Source of the DNA: an uncultured Actinomycetes bacterium
GTDB lineage: Bacteria; Actinomycetota; Thermoleophilia; Gaiellales; JAICJC01
Assembly (NCBI GenBank): GCA_963718315.1
Contig: CAVQZC010000006.1
Location: 54,059 to 118,058, forward strand
Direction of reading: 5' to 3'
Length of the DNA stretch: 64,000 nt
In this document: positions 1-9,830 of the stretch, piece by piece
How positions within the stretch are numbered: position 1 is the stretch's first letter
How the letters are laid out: the number at the start of each line of letters is the position of its first letter
The notes under the pieces: generated by a model
Told to the model about the DNA's origin: nothing
Database searches by the model: none
Seen by the model: only the letters and a program-made list of their open reading frames with translations
Translations under genes and position numbers: made by a program

Positions 1-1500
1 CGCTGGCCGTGTCGGTGGCGTTCGCGTAGACGACGTAGGTGCCGCTCTTCTTCACCCAGCCGACCGCCCCGGTGGTGGTGTTGGCGATCACCGACTGCGT
101 GGCGACTGGCGCCGTGTCGTCGATCGTCACTGAGAAGCCGCTCTGGGTGGCGGTGTTGTTGGCCTTGTCGATACTCGACACGGTGTAGGAGATCGGCCCC
201 TCGGGAAGGGGCGTCGCGGCGGTCTTGCTGGCGCTCTTGTAGCCGTAGGTGACGCCGTTTATGGTGCAGCTGCTGGTGCATGCCGCGAGGGCCAGCGCCG
301 TCTGGCCGCTGGTCAGGGAGCTGACGTCGGCGGTCAGGCTGGAGACGCCGCTGCCGGCGTCTGTGGCATTCGCGTAGACCCGGTAGCTCGCGCCCTGAGC
401 AAGCCATCCTGCGGCGTTGGTGGTGGTCGAGGCGACCACCGATGCGGTGACGGCGGCATGGGTGTTGTCCACGGTGACCGAGTAGCCCTGGCTGGTCAGG
501 TTGCCGGCCTTGTCGGTGGCCGTGACCGAGAACGCGACGGCGCCCTCGGCCAGCGGGGACGAGGCGGTCAGGGCGTCGCTCTTGTAGCCGTAGGTGACGC
601 CGCCCACGGCGCAGCTGCTCGTGCAGGCAGGCAGGCTGACCGCGGTCTGGCCGCTGGTCACGCCGCTGACGTTGGCAGTCACGGTGGAGATGCCGCTGAG
701 CGCATCGGACGCGTTCGCGTAGATGCGGTAGGAGCCGCCCTGCTTGACCCAGGCTGCTGTGGCCGGTGAGCTGGTGGCGACCGCTCCCGCGGAGATGCTG
801 GGGGCGGTGTCGTCGACCGAGACCGAGTAGCCGCTGTGGCTCGCCTGCAGGCCTGCGTTGTCCAGGGCGCTGACGGAGTAGGTGAGCGTTCCGGAGCCTT
901 CCGGCAGCGAGACGCCCGCCGTTTGCGTCGCACTCTTGTAGCTGTAGGTGACGCCGCCGATGGTGCAGCCCGAGGAGCAGTGCGCGAGGTTCAGGGCGGT
1001 GCCGCCGCTGGTGATCGAGCTGACGTTGGCGGTCAGGCTCGACATGCCGCTGGCGTCGGTGACGTTGGCGTAGACGGCGTAGGCGCCGCCCTGCGCGACC
1101 CATCCGGCGGCGCTGGTCGCCGTCGGCGCGACGGTCGAGGCGCTGATCACCGGCGCCGCCGTCTGGACGGTTGCGGAGTAGGGCAGCGGGCCGGAGTTGT
1201 TGCCCGCGTTGTCGAGCGCGTCAACGGTGAAGCTCTTGCTCCCCGCGGTCAGCGAGTTGTCGGCCGTGATGGGCGTGCTGACGTAGCCGTAGGTCACCGC
1301 GCCGATCGTGCACGCCGTCAGGCAGGGGGTGATCGCCACGGCCGTCGACCCCGTGGAGAGCGACGACAGGTTCGCCACCACCGCGGCGACGCCGCTGGGC
1401 GGGTTGCCCGGGTCGGTGACGTTGGCGTAGACCGAGAACTGGGCGCCCGGGCTGACGAAGCCGCCGGCTCCGGTAACACCCGTCGGGACCACGACCGCTG
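1..1500 (-). repeat. Intragenic tandem repeats, period ~345 bp
   Basis: Motif gtaggt(g/c)ac recurs at 245, 590, 944 and 1289 (spacings 345, 354, 345). Confidence 0.85.
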
Positions 1501-1647
1501 TGGTCACCACCGGCACGCGGAAGTCAGGCGCGGCCACCGCAGCGCCCGAGCCCGACGCCGGCGTCGACCAGTCGCCAGGGCCAGGCTCGTCCCTGCGACT
1601 GCCGCGCAGGTGACGCCCGCGAGCAGTGCCGCGGCCCGCCTGCGCAT
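1..1647 (-). CDS. Secreted Ig-like tandem-repeat protein (3' end outside window; apparent frameshift near 1570)
   Basis: Hand translation, absent from the ORF track. Signal peptide MRRRAAALLAGVTCAAVAGTSLALA, then after a 1-nt shift an open frame to the window edge. It carries at least 4 repeats of ~115 aa (GWVxQGxxYxVYANxTD...CxxxCTIGGVTYxYKS...DxAGN...VDxTAP). Confidence 0.8.
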
Positions 1648-1650
1648 GGC

Positions 1651-2139
1651 CTAGGAGGTGCTGGCGGCGGTCGCGGTCAGGTACACCGTGAACGTCGCAC
1701 CCTGGCACGAGTCGTTCGCGGCGTTGCTCATCGAGATCGCGCCGGTCAGGTCGACGTTCAGGTTGCCGCTCGCGTTCACGGTCCAGCCGGAGCCGCCGTT
1801 GGTCTGGGTCGTGAAGGACAGCGAAGACAGGTCGCACCCGCTGTGCCCCGCGTCGACCGAGAACCCGTTCGTGCCCTGGGTGGTGTCGAGGGCGATCGAG
1901 CTGACCTGGACGTTGTAGGCGTTCGGGTTCGCGACCACCGTGGCAACGTCGGCCGAGCCGTTCGGCACCAGCAGCGTGCTTGCCGTCCCGTTCGACAGCG
2001 TGACGCCGGAAGCCGTTCCGGCCGTCGCGGTGCCCGTGCCCGAGCCGTTGCTGGTCCAGGCAGCGAAGGCGACAGCGCTTACGACAAGCGCTGCCACGAG
2101 TCCGACGATCATCACCCGCACACCGAAGAAACGCGACAT
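1651..2139 (-). CDS. Small secreted TasA/camelysin-like protein with SipW-type signal peptide
   Basis: MSRFFGVRVMIVGLVAALVVSAVAFA-AWTSNGSGTG N-terminus, two Cys, C-terminal ANDSCQGATFTVYLTATA. Start taken at ATG 2139 within ORF 1651..2502. Confidence 0.65.
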   Translation of the reverse strand: MSRFFGVRVMIVGLVAALVVSAVAFAAWTSNGSGTGTATAGTASGVTLSNGTASTLLVPNGSADVATVVANPNAYNVQVSSIALDTTQGTNGFSVDAGHSGCDLSSLSFTTQTNGGSGWTVNASGNLNVDLTGAISMSNAANDSCQGATFTVYLTATAASTS

Positions 2140-2314
2140 TGGAGCACGACTCCTGAGAGAAAGGACAGGCTCTCGCGGTGGGGGAACCACGAGATGGAGC
2201 GTTTCCTCACAATGCCTGCAAATCTGGGAGGCGGGCGTCCCCCGGAATGACCAACCCGCATCCCCCTTGTGAGGTCGGCAATGATGCGCCAAACAGCCTG
2301 CCGAAGGAGCCTTC

Positions 2315-2956
2315 ATGAGCATCACCCTCGTCGATCCCGGGCCGCCCAATCCGGAGTTCGAACGGCCCGCCGACCACGACCGCCTGGTCGCGGCGGTGGA
2401 GGCGCTGACCCGGCGCGGGGTCAAGGCGCAGATCGCGGAGAGCGCCGCCGATGCACGGCAGTTGGTGTTGGACGCCATCCCCGAAGGCGCCGAGGTGCAC
2501 ACCGCCCTCTCCGAGACCGTGCGCGAGCTCGGCCTGTCGGCTGAGATCGACGAGTCAGGCCGCTACGACTCGATCCGCTCCAGGCTGAACCAGCTCGACC
2601 GTGAGACCCAGGACCGGCAGCGGCGGAAGCTCGGTGCTGCGCCCGACTACATCGTGGGCAGCGTGCACGCGGTCACCGATCAGGGCGACATCATCGTCGG
2701 CTCCGGGTCGGGCAGCCAGCTCGGCGCCTATGCCTATGCCGCCGCGCATGTGATCCTGGTGGTCGGTCACCACAAGCTCGTTGCCAATCTGGACGAGGGG
2801 CTGCGACGGGTACGCGAGTACAGCCTGCCGCGGGAGTACGCGCGGATGCAATCGGCCGGGTTCGCAGGCAGCCTGCTGGCGAAGACGCTGATCATCCACC
2901 ACGAGACGCGAGGCCGCATCACGCTGATCTTCGTCCCCGAGACGCTCGGGTTCTGA
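2315..2956 (+). CDS. LUD domain protein (LutC/YkgG lactate-utilisation family)
   Basis: DYIVGSVHAVTDQG, GSGSQLGAYAYAA and ETLGF motifs; SD aaggag. Confidence 0.8.
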   Translation: MSITLVDPGPPNPEFERPADHDRLVAAVEALTRRGVKAQIAESAADARQLVLDAIPEGAEVHTALSETVRELGLSAEIDESGRYDSIRSRLNQLDRETQDRQRRKLGAAPDYIVGSVHAVTDQGDIIVGSGSGSQLGAYAYAAAHVILVVGHHKLVANLDEGLRRVREYSLPREYARMQSAGFAGSLLAKTLIIHHETRGRITLIFVPETLGF

Positions 2957-2971
2957 GACCGGTTCCGAGGG

Positions 2972-3439
2972 CTACTCGGGAACCGGGATGGCCATGACGG
3001 CCTGGTCGCCGTAGCTCTCCAGGTCGCCGGCCAGCCAGGACTCGCCCGGGCGCTGTTTGTGGAAGCGGACGATGCAGGAGTCGCCCACCGTGAGGATGAC
3101 GAGGAACGGAACGTCCGGGTATGCGCGCGCCAGCTCTGCCGCCAGGCGTCCTGCATAGCGTCCGGCCTGTGCGATCAGCACCGGGTTTCCGGGCTCGAGG
3201 CCGAGCTCGTCGTCGACGTGGCAGTGATTGACGAAGGCCTCCAGCGCGGTGGCGTCGCGATGGGTCTCGGCAGTGACCTCGGAGAGCGCGTCCTCGAACG
3301 CCGTCAGGATGACACAGTCGCCAAACGCCTGGAAGCCCTCGTCGAGGATCTCGCCCAGTCGTTCGTCGAGCTGCGGCTCGCCTTCACCGTCCACCGAGGG
3401 CGGCCCGAGTGCCGCCATGGCGGAGTTCAGCCGGATCAC
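2972..3439 (-). CDS. Hypothetical protein
   Basis: 155-aa ORF co-oriented just downstream of the VOC gene; no family recognised. Confidence 0.6.
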   Translation of the reverse strand: MIRLNSAMAALGPPSVDGEGEPQLDERLGEILDEGFQAFGDCVILTAFEDALSEVTAETHRDATALEAFVNHCHVDDELGLEPGNPVLIAQAGRYAGRLAAELARAYPDVPFLVILTVGDSCIVRFHKQRPGESWLAGDLESYGDQAVMAIPVPE

Positions 3440-3447
3440 GCCACCGG

Positions 3448-3804
3448 CTACATCGAGGCCGACGTGTCCGACTGCCAGAGGCCGAACTCGTTGCCGTGCG
3501 GGTCGGTGCAGACCGAGAACCAGCCCATCTCCGGCACCGGCGCCCGGTCGGAGGCCGTGCCGCCCAGCTCCTTGACCCGCGCCACACCGGCATCGATGTC
3601 GTCGACGCTGAAGTAGGCGCGGGTGCCCTTCTTGCCCGGCTGCATGTTGGTGATTGCCCCGCCAGAGCTGCCGATCTGCGTCATGTGGTACTCGGACGGC
3701 CCGGGATAGGACTCAAACTGCCAGCCGAACAGGCCGCCCCAGAACGCGCGCGCCTGCTCCGTGTCGTCGGCCGGAATCTCGAAGTGGACGATCTCGCCTG
3801 CCAT
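3448..3804 (-). CDS. VOC/glyoxalase family protein
   Basis: MAGEIVHFEIPADD...FWGGLFGW...DPHGNEFGLWQ; SD aggagg. Confidence 0.9.
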   Translation of the reverse strand: MAGEIVHFEIPADDTEQARAFWGGLFGWQFESYPGPSEYHMTQIGSSGGAITNMQPGKKGTRAYFSVDDIDAGVARVKELGGTASDRAPVPEMGWFSVCTDPHGNEFGLWQSDTSASM

Positions 3805-3989
3805 CGCTCCTCCTATGCGTCGATCCTTGAGAGCACTCTCCGCCCAGGTCGGCGGGGGTGCAATATAGCGGTCGGTCTGGGCGTGCCACTTGGCGCGTGT
3901 CACGGCGCCATTCGGGTTTCGTGCGCATCTCGCAACAGACCGTGTGCCGTGCTTGACACCGGCCGGTCGCGGGCGTATCTGGTTGCGGG

Positions 3990-4997
3990 ATGGGGTCACG
4001 CAGGCAATGGGGAGCTGCCCTCCTGGCGGCGGGTGGGCTGCTGGTGGCGGCCGCCTGGATGCTGTCGCGCGATGACGGCGTGGCGACGGCTGCAAAGTCT
4101 GCGCCGATCGTGAGTGTGGCCGCGGTCGGCGATATCGCGTGCGATCCGCTCGACCCGTCGTTCAACGGGGGAGCCGGGACGCCAACCGACTGCGGTGCGC
4201 AGGCGACCGCGAGCCTCGTCTCCGCCGGCTTCTACAGCGCTGTGCTGCCACTGGGCGACCTGCAGTACGACTGCGGCAGCCTGGCGAACTTCGATGCCAG
4301 CTACGGGCCGGCCTGGGGCAGCTTCAACACGCGTGCGGATCCGGTTCCGGGCAACCACGAGTACAAGCCCAACAGCGTCTTCGGCGAGTCAGGCTGCTCG
4401 GCCGAGGCTGCGGGCTACTACGACTACTTCGCAAGCGCCGGCGATTCGGCCGTCGCCGGCGTGAACGGCAACGGCTACTACAGCTACACCCTCGGCACGT
4501 GGCACGTGATCGCGATCAACTCGAACTGCGATCACGTGGGCGGCTGCACCGCGACCTCTCCGGAGTTCACCTGGCTGAAGAGCGACCTGGCGGCGGACAA
4601 GCGCAAGTGCACCCTCGCCTACTGGCACTACGCACCGTGGGCGTCGAACGGGCCCACCGACGGCGTCGCGATGATGCGCCCGTTCTGGACGCTGCTCGCC
4701 AACCACCACGTCGACCTCGTCCTCGTCGGCCACTTCCACGACTACGAGCGGTTCGCCGACATGAACGCCGCCGGCGCGGCCGTGTCGGACGGGACCGGCA
4801 CCCGCGAGATCGTCGTCGGCACCGGCGGCGAGAAGCACGCGGCCATGAACACGACGCCGCTGGCGACGTCCCAGGCGCGTGACACCGGCATCTTCGGGAT
4901 CCTCGACCTGACGCTCGCACAGGGGGCGTATTCCTGGTCGTTCGTGCCGGCGCCGCCGGCGACGTTCACCGACTCCGGCGGCGACACCTGCCACTGA
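3990..4997 (+). CDS. Secreted calcineurin-like metallophosphoesterase
   Basis: Signal/anchor followed by GDIA, GDLQY, GNHE and GHFH metal-binding motifs. Confidence 0.88.
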   Translation: MGSRRQWGAALLAAGGLLVAAAWMLSRDDGVATAAKSAPIVSVAAVGDIACDPLDPSFNGGAGTPTDCGAQATASLVSAGFYSAVLPLGDLQYDCGSLANFDASYGPAWGSFNTRADPVPGNHEYKPNSVFGESGCSAEAAGYYDYFASAGDSAVAGVNGNGYYSYTLGTWHVIAINSNCDHVGGCTATSPEFTWLKSDLAADKRKCTLAYWHYAPWASNGPTDGVAMMRPFWTLLANHHVDLVLVGHFHDYERFADMNAAGAAVSDGTGTREIVVGTGGEKHAAMNTTPLATSQARDTGIFGILDLTLAQGAYSWSFVPAPPATFTDSGGDTCH

Positions 4998-5016
4998 CCC
5001 GCCGCGGCGGCGCCGG

Positions 5017-5478
5017 TCAGGAGTTCTGCAGCACGTGGGTCAGACGCGCAGCGGTCGCGTGGTCCACGGCCATCACGAAGAAGATCAGGTTCTGACGCGT
5101 CGAGTAGCGAGCCGCGCCGGTCTTGTGCTGCCGGGCGACGATGACCTTCCCAGGCCGCGCCGCGAGACGGGCCTTGAGCGCTTTCGCATCGGCGGGCGAT
5201 TTGCACACCCACGTCTGCACCGTGTCTGCGGCGGTGTGGCCGTACACGCCGAGCAGCATGGCCGTGCAGTGCTTGCGAACGGCGGCCGGCCAACTCGCTG
5301 CCAGCCGGGCCTGGCCGTTCGTGATCACAAAGCCGGCGCGTGTCATCAGCCGTCGCGCATCCTGATAGGAGCGCTGCTGATGATGTGAGGTTCGTCCGAC
5401 GCCGGTTGCGTAGCCCACGGCCACGACCAGCACCACGATCAGCGAGGCTGCGATCAGAATCCAGCGTCCCCTGCTCAT
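5017..5478 (-). CDS. Hypothetical exported/membrane-anchored protein
   Basis: MSRGRWILIAASLIVVLVVAVG hydrophobic N-terminus; TACCAT -10 box 6 nt before the ATG. Confidence 0.6.
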   Translation of the reverse strand: MSRGRWILIAASLIVVLVVAVGYATGVGRTSHHQQRSYQDARRLMTRAGFVITNGQARLAASWPAAVRKHCTAMLLGVYGHTAADTVQTWVCKSPADAKALKARLAARPGKVIVARQHKTGAARYSTRQNLIFFVMAVDHATAARLTHVLQNS

Positions 5479-5745
5479 GAACAGATGGTACGTGTGGTGA
5501 CGGTCGGTCCACCGCCGCTGGTAGCAGCGCGACGGGTGGAAGGCGAGCTCCAGTCGGTACCGCTCCACCACGGCGGGCGTAGCCGGCCCTACTGTGGCCC
5601 AGGTCGCCGGTACGGCGTCGGCAGCGCCACCACGGCGATCTGGGAGTTCTTTGCGGCGCGAACGCGCTCCGGACGGCCAGGCGCTGGGGTGGTAGCATCG
5701 CAACGCTCCGGCAGCTGTGCCATTCGATACGAGGAGGGTCGAGCC

Positions 5746-6183
5746 ATGATCGAGCGCTCACCAGAGGTCGAGCAGTCGATGCGCGACGCGTTTGCGCTGA
5801 TGCAGCGGGGGGACATCGAAGGGCTGGTCGCGCGGACATCGTCGCAGCCGGGTGTGATGATGATCGGGTCCGATCCAACCGAGTGGTACGCGGGGCGCGA
5901 GGCGATCGAGGGCATGGCGCGTGAGGCCGCCGCCGGAGGCGGGGGCGACATGCCGTCGTCGGCACTCGACGAGATCGAGGGCTATCGCGACGGCGACCTC
6001 GGGTTCGCGAACATCCGGGGGACGTGGACGATCGGCGGCAGTTCAGTGCCATTCCGCCTCACCACCGTTGTCCATCTGGAGGACGGCGTGTGGAAGGCCG
6101 TCCAGAGCCACGCCTCGATCGGCGTCCCCAACTCCGAGATGATGAACCCGATGTTTCACGCGGCAGGGGCGGCCACCTCGTAG
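5746..6183 (+). CDS. SnoaL/NTF2-like family protein
   Basis: MIGSDPTEW...FRLTTVVHLEDGVWKAVQSHAS; SD gaggag. Confidence 0.85.
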   Translation: MIERSPEVEQSMRDAFALMQRGDIEGLVARTSSQPGVMMIGSDPTEWYAGREAIEGMAREAAAGGGGDMPSSALDEIEGYRDGDLGFANIRGTWTIGGSSVPFRLTTVVHLEDGVWKAVQSHASIGVPNSEMMNPMFHAAGAATS

Positions 6184-6194
6184 CGGGCGGTCAC

Positions 6195-7214
6195 CTACGC
6201 CGGGTCGCGCACCAGCTCCATGGTGGAGCAGTGGACGCCGCCACCGCCCTTCTGGATCTCGTCGTAGGCGACCGTCACCACCTCGATGCCACGGCGCTCG
6301 AGCAGCTCCCGGCTGCGCGGGTACCCGTCGGCCATCAGCACCTTGCCCGGCTCGATCACGAGCGAGTTGATCGCCCACTCCTCGTCGGCCGGGCAGGCGA
6401 TGGCCTCGATGCCGAGCTCGGCCAGCCGGCCGAGGAACCAGTAGGGGAGGCCGTTGACGTCCACCAGGGCGGCGTCCGGCGAGACCATGCCGAGGTGGCC
6501 GTCGAGGTGGATCGACCAACCCACCATCGGCACCACGATCAGCTCGATGCCCAGCCGGTCGAGCGTCTCGGAGAGCTGGCGGGCGCCCTCCTCGTTGCAG
6601 CGGATCGACGTGCCGTACGCAGCGACGCCGGGCCGCAGCTTGACGAAGCTGCCGCCCTCCATCAGCCCCGTGCCGGTGATCGTCTGCAGGATCGGCATCC
6701 CGGCGGCGGCCACCGCACGCGTGACCAGCGGCTCCTCGCCCCGTCGCATGGCGGGGGCCAGCCGGCCGATGATCGCACCGCCGGGGACGGTGACCAGCGG
6801 GTCGCGGGTGTAGATCGGCCGGGTCAGGTGCGGCGGGCCCTGTTCGCGCACCAGCACCACGTCGACCCCATTCCGGCCCAGCGCATCGACCAGGCCGCGG
6901 TGCTGGGCCGCGACGAGCGCCAGGTCGGGCGGGGTGCGCGACTCCCAGTACCACATGCCGTCCGGATCGACCAGCGCACCGGCCGCCTCGTTCCACGCGT
7001 CCGCACGGACCGCCGACCATTCAGCCGCCGGCACCCGCATCAGCACGACGCGGAGCTTGCCGACCTCGTCGTGCGCACCCCAGCTGCGGCCCCACACGCG
7101 CTCCAGCTCGCCGGGATCCTCGAAGGCGGGCTCGGGCACCGCCGGGCACAGGCTCAGGTGGTAGCCGTACGGTTGGCGCTCGACGGCGCCGGTTGCCTGG
7201 TCGGTGGCAGACAC
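6195..7214 (-). CDS. Amidinotransferase/dimethylarginine dimethylaminohydrolase (ADI-like) family protein
   Basis: YTRDP, MEGG, IHLDG and C-terminal GGGVHCST (catalytic Cys). Confidence 0.85.
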   Translation of the reverse strand: MSATDQATGAVERQPYGYHLSLCPAVPEPAFEDPGELERVWGRSWGAHDEVGKLRVVLMRVPAAEWSAVRADAWNEAAGALVDPDGMWYWESRTPPDLALVAAQHRGLVDALGRNGVDVVLVREQGPPHLTRPIYTRDPLVTVPGGAIIGRLAPAMRRGEEPLVTRAVAAAGMPILQTITGTGLMEGGSFVKLRPGVAAYGTSIRCNEEGARQLSETLDRLGIELIVVPMVGWSIHLDGHLGMVSPDAALVDVNGLPYWFLGRLAELGIEAIACPADEEWAINSLVIEPGKVLMADGYPRSRELLERRGIEVVTVAYDEIQKGGGGVHCSTMELVRDPA

Positions 7215-7221
7215 GGCTCGC

Positions 7222-7911
7222 CTACGCCGGCGACTTGACCGAGGCGACGTACCCGCGCACGTCCGCCGCGGGCTCGGTGTACGCCTCGCCCAGCGCGTCC
7301 TCGATCCGGCCCATGTAGTCGGTGGCCCAGGTGGGGAAGTCGTAGTCGATCGAGTGGAGGAACTCGAGCGTCGCCGCCAGGCGGATATCTGCGATCGACG
7401 GATGGTCTCCGCCGATGAACGGCTTCCCCGCCAGGAAGAAGTCGTTGTAGACGCTGAGCGGGTGCTCGATGGCGGCCTCGGCGGCCTTCGCGGCAGCGGC
7501 CTTGGCCTCGTCGTCGGCGTCGGATGTGCCCACCTCGCCCGCGTACTGGGGGAACGACAGCGTCGGATAGGTGGCGCGCGCCACCAGCGGGTAGAGCGTC
7601 CCGATCAGGTAGAACATCGCGTTGTCGATCATGGCGCGCTTTGCAGGATCAGACGGGTAGAACTGCTCGAGCCCGTGGGTGTTGCAGAGGTACGACATGA
7701 TCGCGCAGCTCTCCCACATGGCGGCCCGCGGCAGCCCCTTCTCCTCGATTGTCGGGGTCAGGCTGGCCGGGTTCATCTGCATGAACTCGGGCGAGGTGGT
7801 CTTACCCCATGCGTCGATCTCCTCGAAGTCGATGCCGGCGGCGCGCAGGAAGATGCGCACGGTCAGGTTGTTGACGCTCGGCTTGAGGACGTGAACCGTG
7901 ATCTCGGCCAT
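7222..7911 (-). CDS. Glutathione S-transferase family protein
   Basis: EFMQMNPASLTPT, WESCAIMSYL and SIADI motifs; SD aggagg. Confidence 0.85.
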   Translation of the reverse strand: MAEITVHVLKPSVNNLTVRIFLRAAGIDFEEIDAWGKTTSPEFMQMNPASLTPTIEEKGLPRAAMWESCAIMSYLCNTHGLEQFYPSDPAKRAMIDNAMFYLIGTLYPLVARATYPTLSFPQYAGEVGTSDADDEAKAAAAKAAEAAIEHPLSVYNDFFLAGKPFIGGDHPSIADIRLAATLEFLHSIDYDFPTWATDYMGRIEDALGEAYTEPAADVRGYVASVKSPA

Positions 7912-7935
7912 GTTCCCCTCCTTTAGGGGCGACGC

Positions 7936-8517
7936 TCAGTAGGGATTCTTGGGCGACCGGTCGTCGGACAGTGAGCCCCGTGATCTGCTCATCAGCACCT
8001 CGATCGCGTCCGCAAGGTGCTCCTCGGTGATGTTGTAGTCGCCTCGCTCAACGCGGATCTTGTGCGCCTCGAGCAGCACGTCGGAATGAGCGTACCCGAA
8101 CGGCGGCTCGAAGCGATAGGACGCCAGCTCGATCAGCAGACCGAGTGGATCAGTGAAATAGATGGAGTCCATGAACCCGCGGTCCATCACCCCGCTGTTA
8201 CGGATCCCGCGCTCCTCGAGCCTCGTTGTCACCTGCGCGAACGTGGCGTGCGACAGCGAGAACGCCAGGTGGTGGACGCAGCCGGGATCGGTCGGTGTGC
8301 GCTCCGGGTCGGCGGTCCGCTCCTCGTTCGTGAACACGGTGATCAGGCGGCCGTCGCCGGGGTCGAAGTAGAGGTGGCTCTCGGAGGGGTTGTCCAGGTT
8401 CGGCTGCTCGAATACGAACGGCATCCCCAGCACGCCCTCCCAGAAGTCGATCGAGGTCTGGCGTCCGGCGCCGGTGAGCGTGATGTGGTGGACGCCCTGG
8501 GTCTGCAGTTTCCTCAT
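7936..8517 (-). CDS. VOC family protein
   Basis: GVHHITL, VHHLAF and SIYFTDPLGLLIELA motifs. Confidence 0.88.
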   Translation of the reverse strand: MRKLQTQGVHHITLTGAGRQTSIDFWEGVLGMPFVFEQPNLDNPSESHLYFDPGDGRLITVFTNEERTADPERTPTDPGCVHHLAFSLSHATFAQVTTRLEERGIRNSGVMDRGFMDSIYFTDPLGLLIELASYRFEPPFGYAHSDVLLEAHKIRVERGDYNITEEHLADAIEVLMSRSRGSLSDDRSPKNPY

Positions 8518-9830
8518 GGTGTGCCTCCGGTTGGGTGCTCGACCAGTCGCGACTTGTACTCACTCCGCTGCAGGCTGCCCCAGGCCACCAGCGTGATCCC
8601 TGTCTGGACGACCAGCACGTCGCGCAGCCGGTTGCCGATCGCCGTCGCCAGCGCTGAATCACCGTTGACTCCCTGCGCAAGCTCCACGGCGACCGGGAGC
8701 GGGGGGTCCTGCTTCACGCCGGGCACACGCGGCTTGACCAGGATGTGGCCGCTCGTCTGCGGCGCGAAGCCGGTGACCACCTCGCGGATCGCCGAGGGGA
8801 ACACGTTCACCCCGCGGACGATCAGCATGTCGTCCGTACGGCCGACGCAGCGCACCCTCGGCCCGGTGCGCCCACACGGGCAGGGCGACATCCGCACCTC
8901 GACGTGGTCACGCGTCCGGAAGCGCAGGAGTGGCGCCGCCTGGTGCCGCAGATGGGTCAGCACCAGCTCGCCGGACGCCCCGTCGTCCATGGGCACGGAC
9001 GCCTCGGTGTAGGGATCGATCAGCTCAGGGTGGATGAAGCCGCGGGCCCCCAGGTGCATGCCGGTCTGGTGCTCGCATTCGCCCCACAACGACGGCCCGA
9101 TGTCGCCGATCCCCATGGCCTCCGTCACCCGCGCGCCCCAGCCTCGCTCGAGCGCCGCGCGGAACTCCGGCTCGCCGCCGCCGGGCTCTCCGGCGACCAG
9201 CACCCGGCTGACGCTGGAGGCCGCCAGGTCGATCTCGCGGTCGCCGGCCCACTCGATCAGGTAGGCGGCGTACGACGGAGTCAGCAGCGCCACCCGCGGC
9301 CGCAGCAGCCGGATAGCGAGCAGCAGCCGCTCGCTGTTGCCGGTGCCGACGGGGATGTGGGTGATGCCGGCGAGCTCGATCGCTCCCAGCGCCGCGCCGG
9401 CGACGAATGGCCCGGCGTTGTAGGTCGAGACAACACGTTCGCCGGCGATGCCGGAAGCGGCGTAGCTGCGCGCCGAGCCGGTCACCCAGTTTTCGAGGTC
9501 AGGCTGGGTGAGCGGGATGTAGCTGGGGATGCCGGTGGTGCCGCTGGTCGAGTAGATCCGGACGATCCTGTCGGGCTCGACGCAGAGGTGCGCGCCGATC
9601 GGGTTCTCGTCGGTCGCCGTCGCCTTCAGCTCCGGCTTATCGGTGAGCGGGAGCTGTGCGATCCCGTCCAGCCCGCCGGCATCGGCTGCGTCGGCCACCC
9701 CCGCCGCGGTCAGCTTGTCGCGGTAGAAGGCGCTGTTGTTCAGCAGGTAGGCGAGCTGTGCGCGGTAGCAGGCGTCGTCCAGCGCGAGCTGCTCACCCCA
9801 CGGCCGTGCTTCGACCTCCGGGTGGAGCAT
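8514..9830 (-). CDS. Phenylacetate-CoA ligase (PaaK)-like acyl-CoA ligase
   Basis: STSGTTG P-loop, PLLRFRTRD and GRTDDMLIVRGVNVFPS; ATG overlaps the upstream stop. Confidence 0.88.
   Translation of the reverse strand: MLHPEVEARPWGEQLALDDACYRAQLAYLLNNSAFYRDKLTAAGVADAADAGGLDGIAQLPLTDKPELKATATDENPIGAHLCVEPDRIVRIYSTSGTTGIPSYIPLTQPDLENWVTGSARSYAASGIAGERVVSTYNAGPFVAGAALGAIELAGITHIPVGTGNSERLLLAIRLLRPRVALLTPSYAAYLIEWAGDREIDLAASSVSRVLVAGEPGGGEPEFRAALERGWGARVTEAMGIGDIGPSLWGECEHQTGMHLGARGFIHPELIDPYTEASVPMDDGASGELVLTHLRHQAAPLLRFRTRDHVEVRMSPCPCGRTGPRVRCVGRTDDMLIVRGVNVFPSAIREVVTGFAPQTSGHILVKPRVPGVKQDPPLPVAVELAQGVNGDSALATAIGNRLRDVLVVQTGITLVAWGSLQRSEYKSRLVEHPTGGTP

Noticed and set aside
5491-5700. N-terminal extensions of ORFs 5017..5703 and 5485..6183 across the divergent spacer
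   Set aside because: Better-supported starts exist at 5478 (leaderless) and 5746 (SD). The ~200-nt spacer remains unexplained, but I could not support any feature in it.
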